Positions 24,454-37,124 of a DNA stretch of 64,000 nt are shown one piece after another. The stretch comes from Cetorhinus maximus. Lineage: Eukaryota. Location of the stretch: assembly GCF_964194155.1 (NCBI RefSeq), contig NC_135890.1, positions 39,990,001 through 40,054,000 of the forward strand, written 5' to 3'. Position numbers and translations under genes: made by a program. The stretch's first letter is position 1; every line of letters starts with the position of its first letter. The notes beneath the pieces are model-generated. The model did not search any database, was not told the DNA's origin, and worked only from the letters and a program-made list of their open reading frames with translations.

Positions 24454-25030
24454 GCATCTGGTGCAGGTACGCCCACAGTGCTGCTCGGGAGGGAGTTCTA
24501 GAATTTTGACCCAGCGACAGTGAAGAAATGGTGATATGGTTCCAAGTCAGGATGATCTGTGGCTTGGAAGGGAATTTGCAGGTGGTGGTGTTCCCATGCT
24601 CCTGCTGTCTATGTCCTAGGCGGTAGAGGTCGCGGGTTTGGAAGGTGAAGTTGAAGGAGACCTGGTGAGTTTCTCCAGTGCATCTTGTATATGGTACACA
24701 CTGCTACCACTGTGCATTGGTGGTGGAAGGAGTGAATATTTAAGTTGGTGGATGGGATGTTGGGCTGCTTTGTTCTGGATGGTGTCGAGCTTCTTGAGTG
24801 TTGTTGAGGTTGCACTCATCCAAGTAAGTGTAGAGTATTCCAAAGCACTCCTGACTTGTGACTTGTGGCTGGTGGACAGGCTTTGGGGAGTCAGGAGGTG
24901 AATTACTCGCTTCAGAATTCCCAGCCTCTGACCTGCCCTTGCCGTCACAGTATTTATATGGCTGGTCCAGTTAAGTTTCTGGTCAATGATAACCATCAGG
25001 ATGTTAATCGTGTGGGATTCAGCGATGATG
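24454..25030 (-). mobile_element. LINE ORF2 3' region; its extreme 3' end lies at about 22712-22800
   Basis: ORF IDQKLNWTSHINTVTARAGQRLGIL...QVRSALEYS. Continuity across the CR1 insertion follows from the uninterrupted copy at about 28790-28910. Confidence 0.8.
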
Positions 25031-25059
25031 GAACTGCTTGCATGTGGTTCCGCTCCTAC

Positions 25060-25870
25060 CCATCCCATTACCTGCCAGACTATCTCCAGCAATGGCTTTT
25101 CTTTTTGCCACCACGCTGTTATCTTCTAGTTCTCCAAGGGGAGCCATTCTTGGCCCTCTCCTCTTCCCTTTCTACATGTTGCCACATGAGAGCATTAACT
25201 ATAGATATCTGGTCAGCTTCCATTTGTACTCTGGCTCTTCATCTCCACCATTCATTCTTACAACTCCTCTATTATCTCTGCTCTTAGACAGTCGGTCCAA
25301 CATCTGCTCTTGTCTGGGCCATAATTTCCTCCTGCTTAATACTGGAGGACTAAAACCATCTTCTTTGGCCTCTGCTTCAAACACCATACGTTTGCCGTCT
25401 TCCTCTCAATCAGTTTTATGTGTTGAACCAGACTGTAGCATCTATGCTATTTGATCGTAAACTGAAATTTCAATCCCTTATTCCCTAACTGCCTACTTCC
25501 ACCCCACCCCTACATTATCTGAACCACTCATCATGTTTTTTGTTACTTCCATGCTTAATTATTCCAATGCTGTCCTGGCTGGCTTCCAATCACCCACTCC
25601 CGAGAAGCTTAAACTCATCAGTTCACTGCCTATGTCCTATTCCACACCAAGTTCAGCATGTCCATCACCCCTGTCTGCTCTGTCTATGTTGGTTTCTATT
25701 CTCCCAGTGTCCCATCCTTTCTGTAAATTTCTGTTTTTGAACAATTCTTCCCCCCTCCAGCCCCAAATTATCTGTTCCATCTGGCCTTGTTTATCCTTTT
25801 TCTTCCTCACAACATTGGCAACCATGTCTTCAGCAGTCACTCTCTGAGTGAAATTCCCTCCCTAAATCCT
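25060..25870 (+). mobile_element. Old L2 LINE fragment
   Basis: Degenerate PQGAILGPLLF and FVTSMLNYSNAVLAG (FVTSRLDYSNALLAG-like) motifs. Confidence 0.65.
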
Positions 25871-26343
25871 CCTGCATCACAGTGGGGGTGGAGGGAAAAC
25901 ATCTGAGGGGGTTATATTTTTTTTTTACTTTGGGAAGGATTAACCCATCTGTGGTCAAATGACCTTACTCCAAACTGTTGAAAAAGAGAATTAAGGGTGT
26001 TAGAGATGAAAGCTCTTTTTGATATACTTGCTAGTTAGGAAAAGAACATAGAGACCCATGGTAGGGGTGCGAGACGGGCTTATGTTTGAAGTATTCATGC
26101 ATGAATTGCAGAAGTAAATGGCATGATGAGTGAAAAGGGCTTTTCTCATTTCAAGGTTTTCTTCATTTAGATTTTCTTGTGTTTAAATTTTGAAAGTTGA
26201 TTATTGGAATCCGGAATAACAGCCAGGTTTAAAACTATGAGTTTGGATTTTAAAAAAAACACACATGATACTAATGTCATATACATTTAAGATTAATATA
26301 AGCTGTGCAGCTTGAACTTTAAAAATTTAAGATAACTTATTAA

Positions 26344-26544
<201 letters not shown>

Positions 26545-26604
26545 TAAATGAACCTTATGTTATTTATCTAAAATGTTGCTAATTGTTTATTTAAAACATT
26601 GCTT

Positions 26605-27503
26605 TATTATGACGCGGCAGATGATGTGTGCCAGGCGGACCAAATCCACGAGGGAAACTTGATCGCACTATCATAACGGTTTTGCAATTTGTATTTATTT
26701 CAAGATGTGTGCGCTGAATTCAGAAGAAATAAATCCACCAAGACTTTGAGATTTTTTTAAAAACTAAATTAAAATATTTATTAACAAAAGAAAAGATTTC
26801 AAGTACATACATAAGACTACAAATTATTGCTATAATATCTCCTAATATTTCCAATTAACCTGACTCCCCCTTTAAGGCAACAGTCCAAAAATAGATTTTA
26901 GATTTTAAACAGATGCAGCAAGCTAACACAATACCCTGGACAGCGGAATTCCAAATGAATTTTCTCCAGCTTCAGTTTTGGTGGACAGCAGACTTAAGCA
27001 CAAATGCTGGAGGCTTCATTAAGGCTATTTCACACACTTCTGTTAGATCTCACAGGACCTTCTCCTGACACACAGCCTCATTCTCCTTTATATATGTTTT
27101 TCTCCTTAATACGTAAATTCTATTGTTTCATACGTCCTTGAAACTGTATCTTCCTCGCAATATAAAAACTTTCATGTTGCTACTATTTATTGTCAGGACC
27201 CTTTGGGGGGAAAAATAAGCGCATTCCTTAGCCTTGCTTACCTGGCAAATTGTAAGCAGATTAAAATCCCTTTGAAATCCAAATCTCCTTTCATCTATCT
27301 AAAAATGCAAATTCCCTTCACACCTTACATGCTAAACCAGCATCCATATTTACTCATTAGCATGTCAAGCACCTAACTTCTTTTGGCTGCTTGACTCCAA
27401 ATGTAATTAAATCACACACAGACAGGCCCTACTACTTATTTCCATAAACCTACTTCACAATAAACCAGAAAAATGTTATGAGAATTATTATATGCATATG
27501 ACA
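26605..27503 (-). mobile_element. Probable solo LTR (899 bp)
   Basis: Ends TATTATGAC (mutated TG) and ATATGACA, flanked by the 4 bp direct repeat GCTT (26601-26604, 27504-27507). Minus-strand TATATAAA near 27090 and AATAAA near 26695. Confidence 0.6.
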
Positions 27504-27697
27504 GCTTATATCAGCTAGTGTTTTTAGCATTGTGATATAAGCTGTTTTGAGATGGAGACTGTTACTTTAAGTGCAGCAATATCATTAACTTAGTTTCGTT
27601 AAACACATTAGTCTGTATGGGTCAGTGTAAAATAAATCATTCAGAATAGTAGATATTTGTGAATAGAGTAATGTCAAGCCCACCATCTCAAAAATGA

Positions 27698-28610
27698 GGA
27701 GGTGATAGTAATGTCACTAAACTAGTAATCCAGAGGCCCAGGCTAATGTTCTGGGGACATGGGTTCAAATCCCACCACGACAGCACATGGAATTTAAATC
27801 CAATTAATAAACCTGAAATTGAAAGCTAGTCACAGTGATGGTGACCATGAAACCATAGTTATTGTAAAAACCCATCTGGTTCACTAATGCTCTTTAGGGA
27901 AGGAAATCTACCATCCTATGTGTGACTCCAGACCCACAGCAATGTGGTTCAGTCATAAATGCCCTCTGAAATAGCCTAGCAAGTCACTTGATTGTATCAA
28001 GCCACTACAGAAAAGTCAAAAAACCTGGCATCAACCTAGGCAGTGGAAATGGCAATGGCACACCCAACCCTGTCGACCCTGCAAAGTTCTACTTACTAAC
28101 ATCTGGGGGCTGTCCCACAGACAAGTGAAGCAACAGCCGGACATAGTCATGATCTCGGAATCAGACCTTACAGACAATTTCCCAGGCACCACTATATGGG
28201 AGCCCTGAACACTGACTCCGGAACCCATGAAGTCTCATGGTATTAGGTCAAACGTGGGCAAGGAAACTGGCCCTCCCTTCCTCTGCCCACCCCCCTCCTA
28301 TACACCCCCACTCTCAACTGATGTATCAGTACTCTTCCATGTTGAACACCAATTGGAAGAAGCACTGAGGGTGGCAAGGGCACAGAATGTGCTCTGGGGG
28401 GGACTTCAATATCCATCACCAAGAGTGGCTCGGTAGCACCACTTCTAACCAAGATGGCTAAGTCCTAAAGGACATAGCTGCGAGACTGGGTCTGCGACAG
28501 GTGGTGAGGGAACTAACGAGGGAAAGACCTACTTGATCTTGTCCTCACCGATCTACCTGTCGCAGATGCAGCTGTCTGTTACTGTATTAATAGGAGTGTT
28601 CGCCACACAG
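27698..28610 (+). mobile_element. 5' part of a LINE: tRNA-like head followed by apurinic-endonuclease coding remnant
   Basis: The first ~290 bp match the SINE at 18947. Downstream are NIWGL, QPDIVMISES, EHQLEEALRVARAQNVLW-GDFN-H and LDLVLT remnants. Confidence 0.75.
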
Positions 28611-31539
28611 TCACAAGAAATAGGAGCTGGAGCAGGCCATGTGGCAATTGAGCATGCTCCACCATTCAATATGATCATGGCTGATCTTGGGCTTAGCTTC
28701 ATTTTTCTGCCCGCTCCCCATATTTCTTAATTCCCTGAGAGACCAAAAACTTGTCTATCCCAGCCTTAAATGTATTCAATGATTGAGTTTCTGGCTATGC
28801 CAACATTTATTGCACATCCCTCTTTTGCCCTTGAGAAGGTGGTGGTGAGCCGCTGCCTTGAGTTGCTGCTGTCCATGTGGTGCAGGTACACCCACATGAT
28901 GGGAGGGCATACAGACTTTAAATGAGTTTAAGCTTGTGAAGGGGTGTGGTGGAAAGGAGGCTGGTTAGAAGTCAGATTAAAACTTGAGGTAATGATGGCA
29001 TGAATTCAGGTTTTAATTGGAGACAGAAACCAAAAAAGGAGGTCTCCTTTTTTGACAGCATTAAGCAAGAAAATATTTATACTGTTTTTCTCTCCTGATC
29101 ATTATCAAATCTTGTCAGATTGTTATATTCCCTCTGAGCATCAAGATAAGGGGAAAAAGACGATCATGAACCATGGCTGTTTCATGACAAAAATCATAGA
29201 ATGATGTAGCACAGAAAGAGGCATTTGGCACGCTCTTGAGCAGCAATCCAGTTAGTTCCACTCATAGCCCTACAGAAGCTTTCCCCTTCAAGTATTTATC
29301 CAAATTCATTTCGAAAGTTATCATTAAATCTGCAGTGCAGTACATTCCAGATCATCATAACTTACTGCATAAAGAGAAAAAAATGTTTCCTTATGTGGCC
29401 TCAGGTTCTTTACCAGTCATCATGACAAAATATACACGGGTTGGTTGGTGTGCCTTGTAACCTGTGCAACACCCAGATCCACGGGCAAAGGAAAGGAAAT
29501 ACTTAAAATGTGTCCGTGTTACTTTATAATCACTATTTATTGCTGACTACAAATTTTTGCTTTAATTTACTTTTCATTCCAATCTGATTATTGTATTGAC
29601 TCCCCAGTGTCTCCTGCTGACGCCTTTTGAATTAAATAAATATCAACCATACCACCAGTAAATAGATGTAATTGCATATTTTGACTCTCATAAAATTTGA
29701 TCTGTTCTACTGATCAGAGAGTGAAGCAGTAGGTTAGCATACTTGCTGATTATTTCTAGATTGAAATGTTTAATTTATTTAGTTGATACATACCTGAAAT
29801 CTGGTTGAACTACAAAATGTCTGTATTGAACATTTTTTTCCATTTGCCCTTTCTACATCAAAATAATCTGAGGTGAAATCTAAGGTAGAATTTCAGTGTA
29901 ACTAACATTGTGTGAAATTTTAATATAGCAGCAATACTTGTAAGCTAGCATTTATATAGCCTCTTTTAATATACAGTAATTATCCAAATATCTCCAAAGT
30001 TTTCACAACACCGTGCGTTGAACCTTTTTAAGAAGGCAAATGTGGCAGTTGTTCTGTGCTAGTCATAACCTTATCAGATGCGTTGCTGGCCTTGTTTTTA
30101 GTGGCATTGATTTGAGGGAGGAATGTCAGGTAAGACATTTGGAGAACTACCAGCTCTTCTTTGAGCCATGGGATCTTTAATGTTTACGTTACCTGATATT
30201 GCTTTAATGTTTCATTTGAAGGATGGATTCTCCAACACTGCAGTATTCCTTCAACCTATATGCAGTTAACTGCATGTATTGGAATTGAACTCAAAGCCTT
30301 CTGACCAGGAGCATTTGACCCAAGCTCAGACCAGCTTGATACGTTCCTTGGTCTTAAATCGGTTCTGCAGTTGTTTGCCAAATGTGGCTTGTAAAAGGAA
30401 CAACTATAGAATGAATCTTTAAGTCTTCAGCTCTCAAAGTTTATATGTTATGTTTGATCAAGGGGTGTTTTTTAATTTATGATGTTCAAAATGTGCTTGA
30501 AAGGGGCAAATATTGTATTGGAATGTGTTTACATACCTGTTGGATTTGGCTCAGTCGAGGCTGAGTCTGGCTACTGACTCAGAAGCTTGTGATCAAGCTC
30601 TACTTACGTAATCTAAACTAACTTCACTATACTATTGAAGAGGTGCTACATTGCTGGAAGTGTCATTTTTTGGATGAGTTGTTAAACGGAGGCCTCACCT
30701 ATCAGTTCTGGTGGACGTCAAAGATTCCAGAGCAATATTTACAGAAGAACAAATATTTCTGCCAATCTCCTAGCCAACATTCCTGTCTCAAAAGCACCAC
30801 CAAAACATACACTCTGGCTGTTGATCTTACTTTTTTTATGTTGACAATTGGTTGCAACGTTTATTACAAAACAGTGTCCAAAGTTCATAAGTAAATAATT
30901 GGCTATGAAGCACTTTGGAACATCCTCGGGACACAATAGGCGCTGTATAAATGAAAAGTTCCTTCTTTACCTTTCACTGTGTTGAATAGGGAAGATTTTC
31001 TTATTTTATTCTTTCATGGAATGTGGGTGTCACTGGCAAGGCCAGCATTTGTTGCCCCTCCCTAATTGCCCTTGAGCTGAGTGGCTTGATAGGCCAACTT
31101 TGCAGACAGTTAAGAGCCAACCACATTACTGTGGATCTAGAGTCACATGTAGGCCAGACCAGGTAAGGATGGCAGATTTCCTTCCCTAAAGAACATTAAT
31201 GAACCAGATGGCTTTTTACAACAATCAGTGATAGTTTCATGGTTTCATAATTTCACCATTACTGAGCCTAGCTTTCAATTCCAGATTTTATGAATTGAAT
31301 TTAAATTCCACCAGCTGCCATGGCGGGATTTGAACTCCTTACCCCTAAAGCATTAGCCTCGGCCTATGGATTACTAGTCTAGTAACATTACAGCTACGCC
31401 ACTGGTTCCCACTAATTGGTGAAGTTATAATTGAACCTTGGACTATTGGATACAATTTTGCAGTTAAACAGTAATATTTCAAATTAGGAATAGATTTGCC
31501 CTCTGGGAAAATTATTTGAGTTGACTTTGATTTGGGCAT

Positions 31540-31785
31540 AATAAAAACAGAATTACCTGGAAAAACTCAGCAAGTCTGGCAGCATCGGCGGAGAAGAAAT
31601 CAGTCAACGTTTCGAGCCCTCATGGCCCTTCAGCAGAACTGCTGAAGGGCCATGAGGGCTCGAAACGTTGACTGATTTCTTCTCCGCCGATGCTGCCAGA
31701 CTTGCTGAGTTTTTCCAGGTAATTCTGTTTTTATTTTGTTTTGGATTTCCAGCATCCGCAGTAGCTTTTAGCTTTTTGTTTTTAT
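31540..31785. mobile_element. Young Penelope-like inverted insertion forming a perfect palindrome
   Basis: 97 bp arms (31540-31636, 31639-31735) around an AA spacer. 15 bp TSD CTTTGATTTGGGCAT at 31525-31539 and 31786-31800. Confidence 0.93.
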
Positions 31786-32559
31786 CTTTGATTTGGGCAT
31801 GGCTGGCAAATCACTTAATTAGTTAATTCTTATAAGATTAGAATAGGAACTTGTACAGGTAACATGAAAATTATGACCTTTCATGCAATTCATTAAAAAT
31901 AACTGCACTAATTCTGATGACTCTGTTGCTGGATGAAACTTGGTATTTGAATCGCTTATGCCTGAGCTTTCCTTCCCATACAGAACAATCTTGTTAATTC
32001 AGTTACAGGGTCAGATGTGGCTTAGATTTCCAAATCACGGCTCAGATGGCAGAATTATTGCCTCGATATTCTATCAAATCCCTTCTTGCCTCCTCAGGTG
32101 AACGTATAAGATCCCAGGTGCTGTTTTTGAAGTAGAGCAGAGGAGATATCCCTGGTGTCCTAGCGAATAGTTATTCCTCAACCAACATCACAAAACAGAT
32201 GATCTTATCATTGTCACGTTGCTGTTTGTGGGAGCTAACTGTCTGCAATTGGTTGCCATGCTTTGTTCATTACAACTTTAAAAAGTACTTCATTGGCTGT
32301 AAACCATTTTGGATCATGCTATGGTTGTGGAAGGCATGATATGTCTTAAGTTGCGAGCAATACTTCTCCACTTTGTGATTCAAAGACTGGTATTTTATGG
32401 TGCCAGATATATGTTGTGCTGGAGCCATAACTGTAACCAATGTGGATGTGATTTCAAAGTTCTCATGGTATATGTAAATTTTTCTACATTAGGGATTGCA
32501 TCTTGCTTGTGTATTTGTATGGCAACCTAAATTTCGTCAATTTACTTAGATGAACCATA

Positions 32560-33495
32560 TAAATATAAACAGAAAATGCTGGAAATACTCAGCAAATCTG
32601 GCACCTTTTGTGGAGAGAGAAACAGTTAATATTTCAGATCTGTGACCATTGATCAGAAGTGAGTATAGTTGGAAATGTAATCAGTTTTGAGCAGGTTGGG
32701 GGGGTGGGGACAGTGCAAGTTGGGAAGAACAACAAAAGAGAAAGTCTGTGAATGAATGGAGACCAGGAGGGATTAAATTACAAAATTAATTTTGGAGCAA
32801 GGCCAAAGAGAGTAGTAATGGGACAAATAAAGAAACAAAATATGTGCCCAAAGGAGCTGTGAATGGCATGATAGCTGCCATATGAACGCAAAGTAAAGAC
32901 ATTGAGAAAGAAATAAGAGAACCAAACCAGCAAAAAAAGTGGAATCAAAATGTGGAATCAAAAATCAAAATTTGTTGAACTCAGTGTTGAGTCCAGAAGG
33001 CTGTAAAGTGCACAGCCGAAAGATGAAGTTCTCTTCCTCAACCTTGCATTGAGCTTCATTGGAACATTGTAGCAGGCCAAAGATAGAAAGGCCCAAGTAG
33101 GTACAAGTTGGAGAATTAAAATGACAGGCGATTAAAAGCTTGGGGTGGTATAGCTTGTGGACTGAATGGAAGCGATCAGCAATGCGGTCTCTCAGACTGG
33201 ATTTGGTCTCCCCATGTTGAGGAGACTGCATCATGAGCAGCAAATTCAGTATATACTAAATTGAAATAAGTATAAGCAAATTGCTGTTTCACTTGGAAGG
33301 AGTGTTTGGGGCCTTGGATGGTGTGAATGGAGTAGGTAAAAGAAGTTCCGTCTCCTGCGCTTGCATGGAAAGGTGCCGTTGGAAAGGGGTGTTGGAGCGC
33401 CTAAGGAGTGGACCACGGTGTCACAGAAGGCATGGTGGAGGTGGCGGAAATGGCAGAGGGTGACCAGTTGGATGTGGAGGTGGGTGGGGCCCTCA
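32560..33495 (-). mobile_element. Penelope-like element remnant
   Basis: ORF GETKSSLRDRIADRFHSV...ACHFNS...KVEEENFIFRLCTLQPSGLNTEF (GIY-YIG C-terminal half) and the AAAACAGAAAATGCTGGAAATACTCAGC terminus. Confidence 0.85.
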
Positions 33496-33752
33496 GTAAG
33501 GCAACTTTCTAAGTTGCTCCTTTCCAAATTTTTTTATCCCGCTGTACACTTGCCTAGAACCATAATGCTTGCAATACTTCCACATTATTTACAAGTGAAC
33601 TTTTCAAGGTAGATTTCAAAAACGTTACACTATGAAAGAATACAGCCTAAATGGTTTAATGACAATGGTGTGAGGCTATTTTAGGTAGACAGGGAAAATC
33701 AGTTATATTAACTAGAAAATTGAGTAAAGCTGTACAATGTTGTGGCATAACA

Positions 33753-33758
33753 TTTATT
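33753..33758 (-). terminator. Candidate GPR22 polyadenylation signal (AATAAA)
   Basis: TTTATT on the plus strand about 235 nt past the GPR22 stop and before a Penelope remnant. Motif evidence only. Confidence 0.35.
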
Positions 33759-33992
33759 ATAATTACGTGACATAGTTGCATCTACAGCTAGTTATTTGAT
33801 TTTCAGATCAACTTGGTACTTTTAATGTAGTCTGCACACATCAATGGAAAATTATCTTTTGTTTCATTTATGGATTTTACAAGGGTTCCGACTTATTTTC
33901 TCCCTGGTACCTGATGAAGACCTGTTGATCCACATTAGTTGCTTTCAATCTCGAAAACAGATGTTTTTGTCTAAATTTAATCTTATTGAAAA

Positions 33993-35231
33993 TTATCTTT
34001 TTCTTTTGGGATCTAGCCAGGAGTTGTGGATTACTGGATTATTAGGGTTGGGATCAGCCTCAGTAATTGAGACCACTTTCTTTTTCATTTTATTTTTGAG
34101 GACTTTTTGGAACTTTTGCCTTGCAAATGCATATAGTAGAGGATGGAATATAGTTGTTCCATAAGCCATGATTAAAAAGCACAGTCTTAATTTTACTATT
34201 ACATCATCTAGACCTTTATATAATATAACAGTATTTAAAACTGATATAGGTGTCCAGCAAAAAAGAAAAGTTGAAATAATTAAAAGTGACATTCGGAAAA
34301 CCCTTTTTTGTCGTTCCCGCCTTTCACGATGGCGCTTAACAGCTCTTCTTAGAGCGATTATTACTGAGACTGAAGTTCTTACTCTTAGTATTACATTGTG
34401 TCCTCTGTTACTTTCTGATTGATCAGTATTCTCATGTTGTATGACTAGTGGTATGGTCTTTTTTCCCTTTGTTTTTTTCTGCCTAGTGGAAAATCGTGAG
34501 CCTATTTTGATATTCAGCGCTTGAAGTATTTTTCTGTAGGTTATCAACATTACGATAGCAGTGAAAATAAAGATGGGAATCTGCATTAGAAGGTGGTAAT
34601 ATATTCCCAGTTCATTATGGTATTCATTTACACCAATGCACAAGAGTGTATTATTTTGCCAGGTGTTTTCATTGCTTTGTAGACGAAAAAAGCTGACTTC
34701 AATGAAAGGGATTGTAAATGCGGAAAAGGACACAATCCACACTGATGTTAGTAATGTTATTGCTCTTCCCATGGTCAAAATCCGATTGGCTGGCTTAACC
34801 GAAATGTCATAACGATCCAGAGTGATTGCAAGAACATTTACTGAAGTTGCTACACTAGCAAAAGAAATACAGGCTTCATGGAAATTGCAAATCAAAGCTG
34901 TTTTGCTTTCTAGCGAAATAAGAGTGACAATTATTGTAAGAGGAATGCATCCAACACATATAACAACATCCAGTATGTGCAAATTCATAGTGATAATATT
35001 ACTGACTGAATTAATCAGGTTTGACTTCATACAGTAAAGTACCAATACTGTTAAGTTGCTGCTGAGTCCTAACACAATTTCTAGTAAGAAAAATCCAGTA
35101 AGGGATGCCTGAAAACTTGCTGGATAGGGTAGAGTCCAATATGCATTGCCGTTGATATTATAAATCTCATCTCGAACTGTCAAATTGATTTCAGAATGCA
35201 TGGTGACTTGTAAAATAAGATGAAGACACAT
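33993..35231 (-). CDS. GPR22: G protein-coupled receptor 22 (class A orphan GPCR), nested antisense in COG5 intron 6
   Basis: 412 aa ORF with seven hydrophobic segments, DRY, CWTP and HPLLY motifs, and the GPR22-typical RRAVKRHRERRERQKRVFRMS. Splice acceptor TACATTTTCAG at 35262-35260, 28 nt before the ATG. Confidence 0.96.
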   Translation of the reverse strand: MCLHLILQVTMHSEINLTVRDEIYNINGNAYWTLPYPASFQASLTGFFLLEIVLGLSSNLTVLVLYCMKSNLINSVSNIITMNLHILDVVICVGCIPLTIIVTLISLESKTALICNFHEACISFASVATSVNVLAITLDRYDISVKPANRILTMGRAITLLTSVWIVSFSAFTIPFIEVSFFRLQSNENTWQNNTLLCIGVNEYHNELGIYYHLLMQIPIFIFTAIVMLITYRKILQALNIKIGSRFSTRQKKTKGKKTIPLVIQHENTDQSESNRGHNVILRVRTSVSVIIALRRAVKRHRERRERQKRVFRMSLLIISTFLFCWTPISVLNTVILYKGLDDVIVKLRLCFLIMAYGTTIFHPLLYAFARQKFQKVLKNKMKKKVVSITEADPNPNNPVIHNSWLDPKRKR

Positions 35232-35317
35232 TCTTTGTAGATGATGATTTTGATCAATCCTGAAAATGTAAACAAGAGTATTTAAGTTCCACTGTTTCGC
35301 TTTAAAAAAAGAGAGCC

Positions 35318-35976
35318 ATTCTAGCGAAGCATTTTATCTTGCACTCATCAGGACAGATTTACAAGAATGCCAAATCTCAAAGGGAACAACAATTTATACT
35401 GCATGAGAAGAGGGTGCTGATTGGTTGGCAAGTGGGCTCGGATTGGTGGAGGCATTGCTGTGGAGAATGCACCAGGGACCAGTTAACTGCTAAGCCTTTG
35501 TTTCAGTTCAAACCAGGTAGATCAACTCTGATTAGTTAATGTATTGCCATGAGGAATGATCCAGGGAATTGCTGTCCTCCAAGCTTTTGTTTAGTTGAAA
35601 AAAGCGCAATGCATGGACATGCTCTTTTTGTTTGCAAAGATGTTTGAATATATGTGGCTTCTAGCATGTGTAAGTGAGCCACGCTCTGAGTCAGACTGAT
35701 AATCTTAAATTGGTTGTCAGTGTAATTCTTAGCACAACTAGGATTGGTTAGCAAGCGTTGTCCAAATGCAGAATCACATCTAATGTTATACACTATATTC
35801 TGAGTTTTGCAAGCATGGGCTAGTTGAGCGCTGTCAGTACTTTGCCTGTTGCGAACAGCCAAAGATACGATCCACCAGTGGTTGCACACATAACTGGCAT
35901 CACACCAGCACTGAAATTCATATACCACATTACTCATTTGTGTGGTAAAGAGAACAGCTTTTTGGTTTGACAGCAT
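35318..35976 (-). mobile_element. Penelope-like remnant of a different lineage (GIY-YIG) with a decayed hammerhead motif
   Basis: ORF SNVVYEFQCWCDASYV...SAFGQRLLTNPSC...FKII...LHMLEATYI. Terminal TGTC-CTGATGA-GTGCAAGAT-AAAA-TGCTTC on the minus strand. Confidence 0.75.
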
Positions 35977-37124
35977 TGAATTTATTCAAAGCTGAGTTGG
36001 ATAGATTTTTGACAGACATGGGAGTCAAGGCTTATGGGGGGCAAAAAGGAAAGCGGAGTGGAGACCATAATTAGATCAGCCATGATCTTATTGAATGGCA
36101 GGGCAGGCTCAAAGGGCCGAATGACCTACTCCTGCTCCTACATCATGGGTCCTATATTGAAATATTTTAACTGTTTTCAATGAAAAATGGCCCTCTAGGC
36201 AACTCTTTTGATATCTAAGTGGTCAAATGCACCACATTCATGGAAACCTGCTGGTTCCTAGGTTAGCTGATTTTAGCTGATCTCTGCAGTGGTGACCCCA
36301 TTTAGCCTGTGTCACTGGGGTGAGAAGAAGAACAATTGTCAGGGATTCTGTTCTTTATTGCTATCCAGTTGCAACTACAGGAACTAAATTTGTATGTATA
36401 AACAACTGTTAGAAAAATAGTATGTATTTTAGAATTGTGGTAGTAATGTTTAAAGGTGTCATGTTGCTGCCCTCTTCTGGCCATATTTGTATAGCATCAT
36501 ATAAGTTGGAAACTCTTTCGAGTTATCAACAGTCACAGATTGCAACTCTTTCGAGTACAATCACAGTTCTTGGTTTCCGGGAGTGGGACATGAACCCACA
36601 ACCCTCTGATTCAAAGGCGAGGGTGCTATGAACTGAGCCACAGCTGACACCTCTATCATATAAGTTGGAAGATGCACATTAATCATGAATATAAAGAATG
36701 CTGCAATGATGGTGGAAGAATTGGAAAAATAAATCAACATTACAATTTGCATGTTTTAACTCATTTTTTGCACCATAAAATATCACTAAAACTTAACATT
36801 TGAATTGGGCACAGGTATATATCAACATAGTTAATCTAAGCAAATAAGCAAAAAATGCTGTTTAGCTTGGTATGGACAATAGTTTCGAACAAATGCTCAG
36901 AGGTTGTACATATGTTTACATGGTTTATATATGAATGAATAATATGTGTGCACTGTCATCTATTTTTAGTTTTCTCAATTAAAACCCAGGGCTCTAACCC
37001 AGCCTCCCCCTGTTGCATTTTTAGTAACCATGATGTATGTATACACAAGTTAATATAGATAGAAGCGGAAGGATTTGGAGTTGATGGCTTGGGGAAAATC
37101 AAAACACAATGTGTTTACTGAGTG

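Noticed and set aside
33844-35037. Plus-strand ORFs of 106, 84 and 71 aa overlapping GPR22
   Set aside because: Antisense shadows of the GPR22 coding sequence with no recognisable homology.
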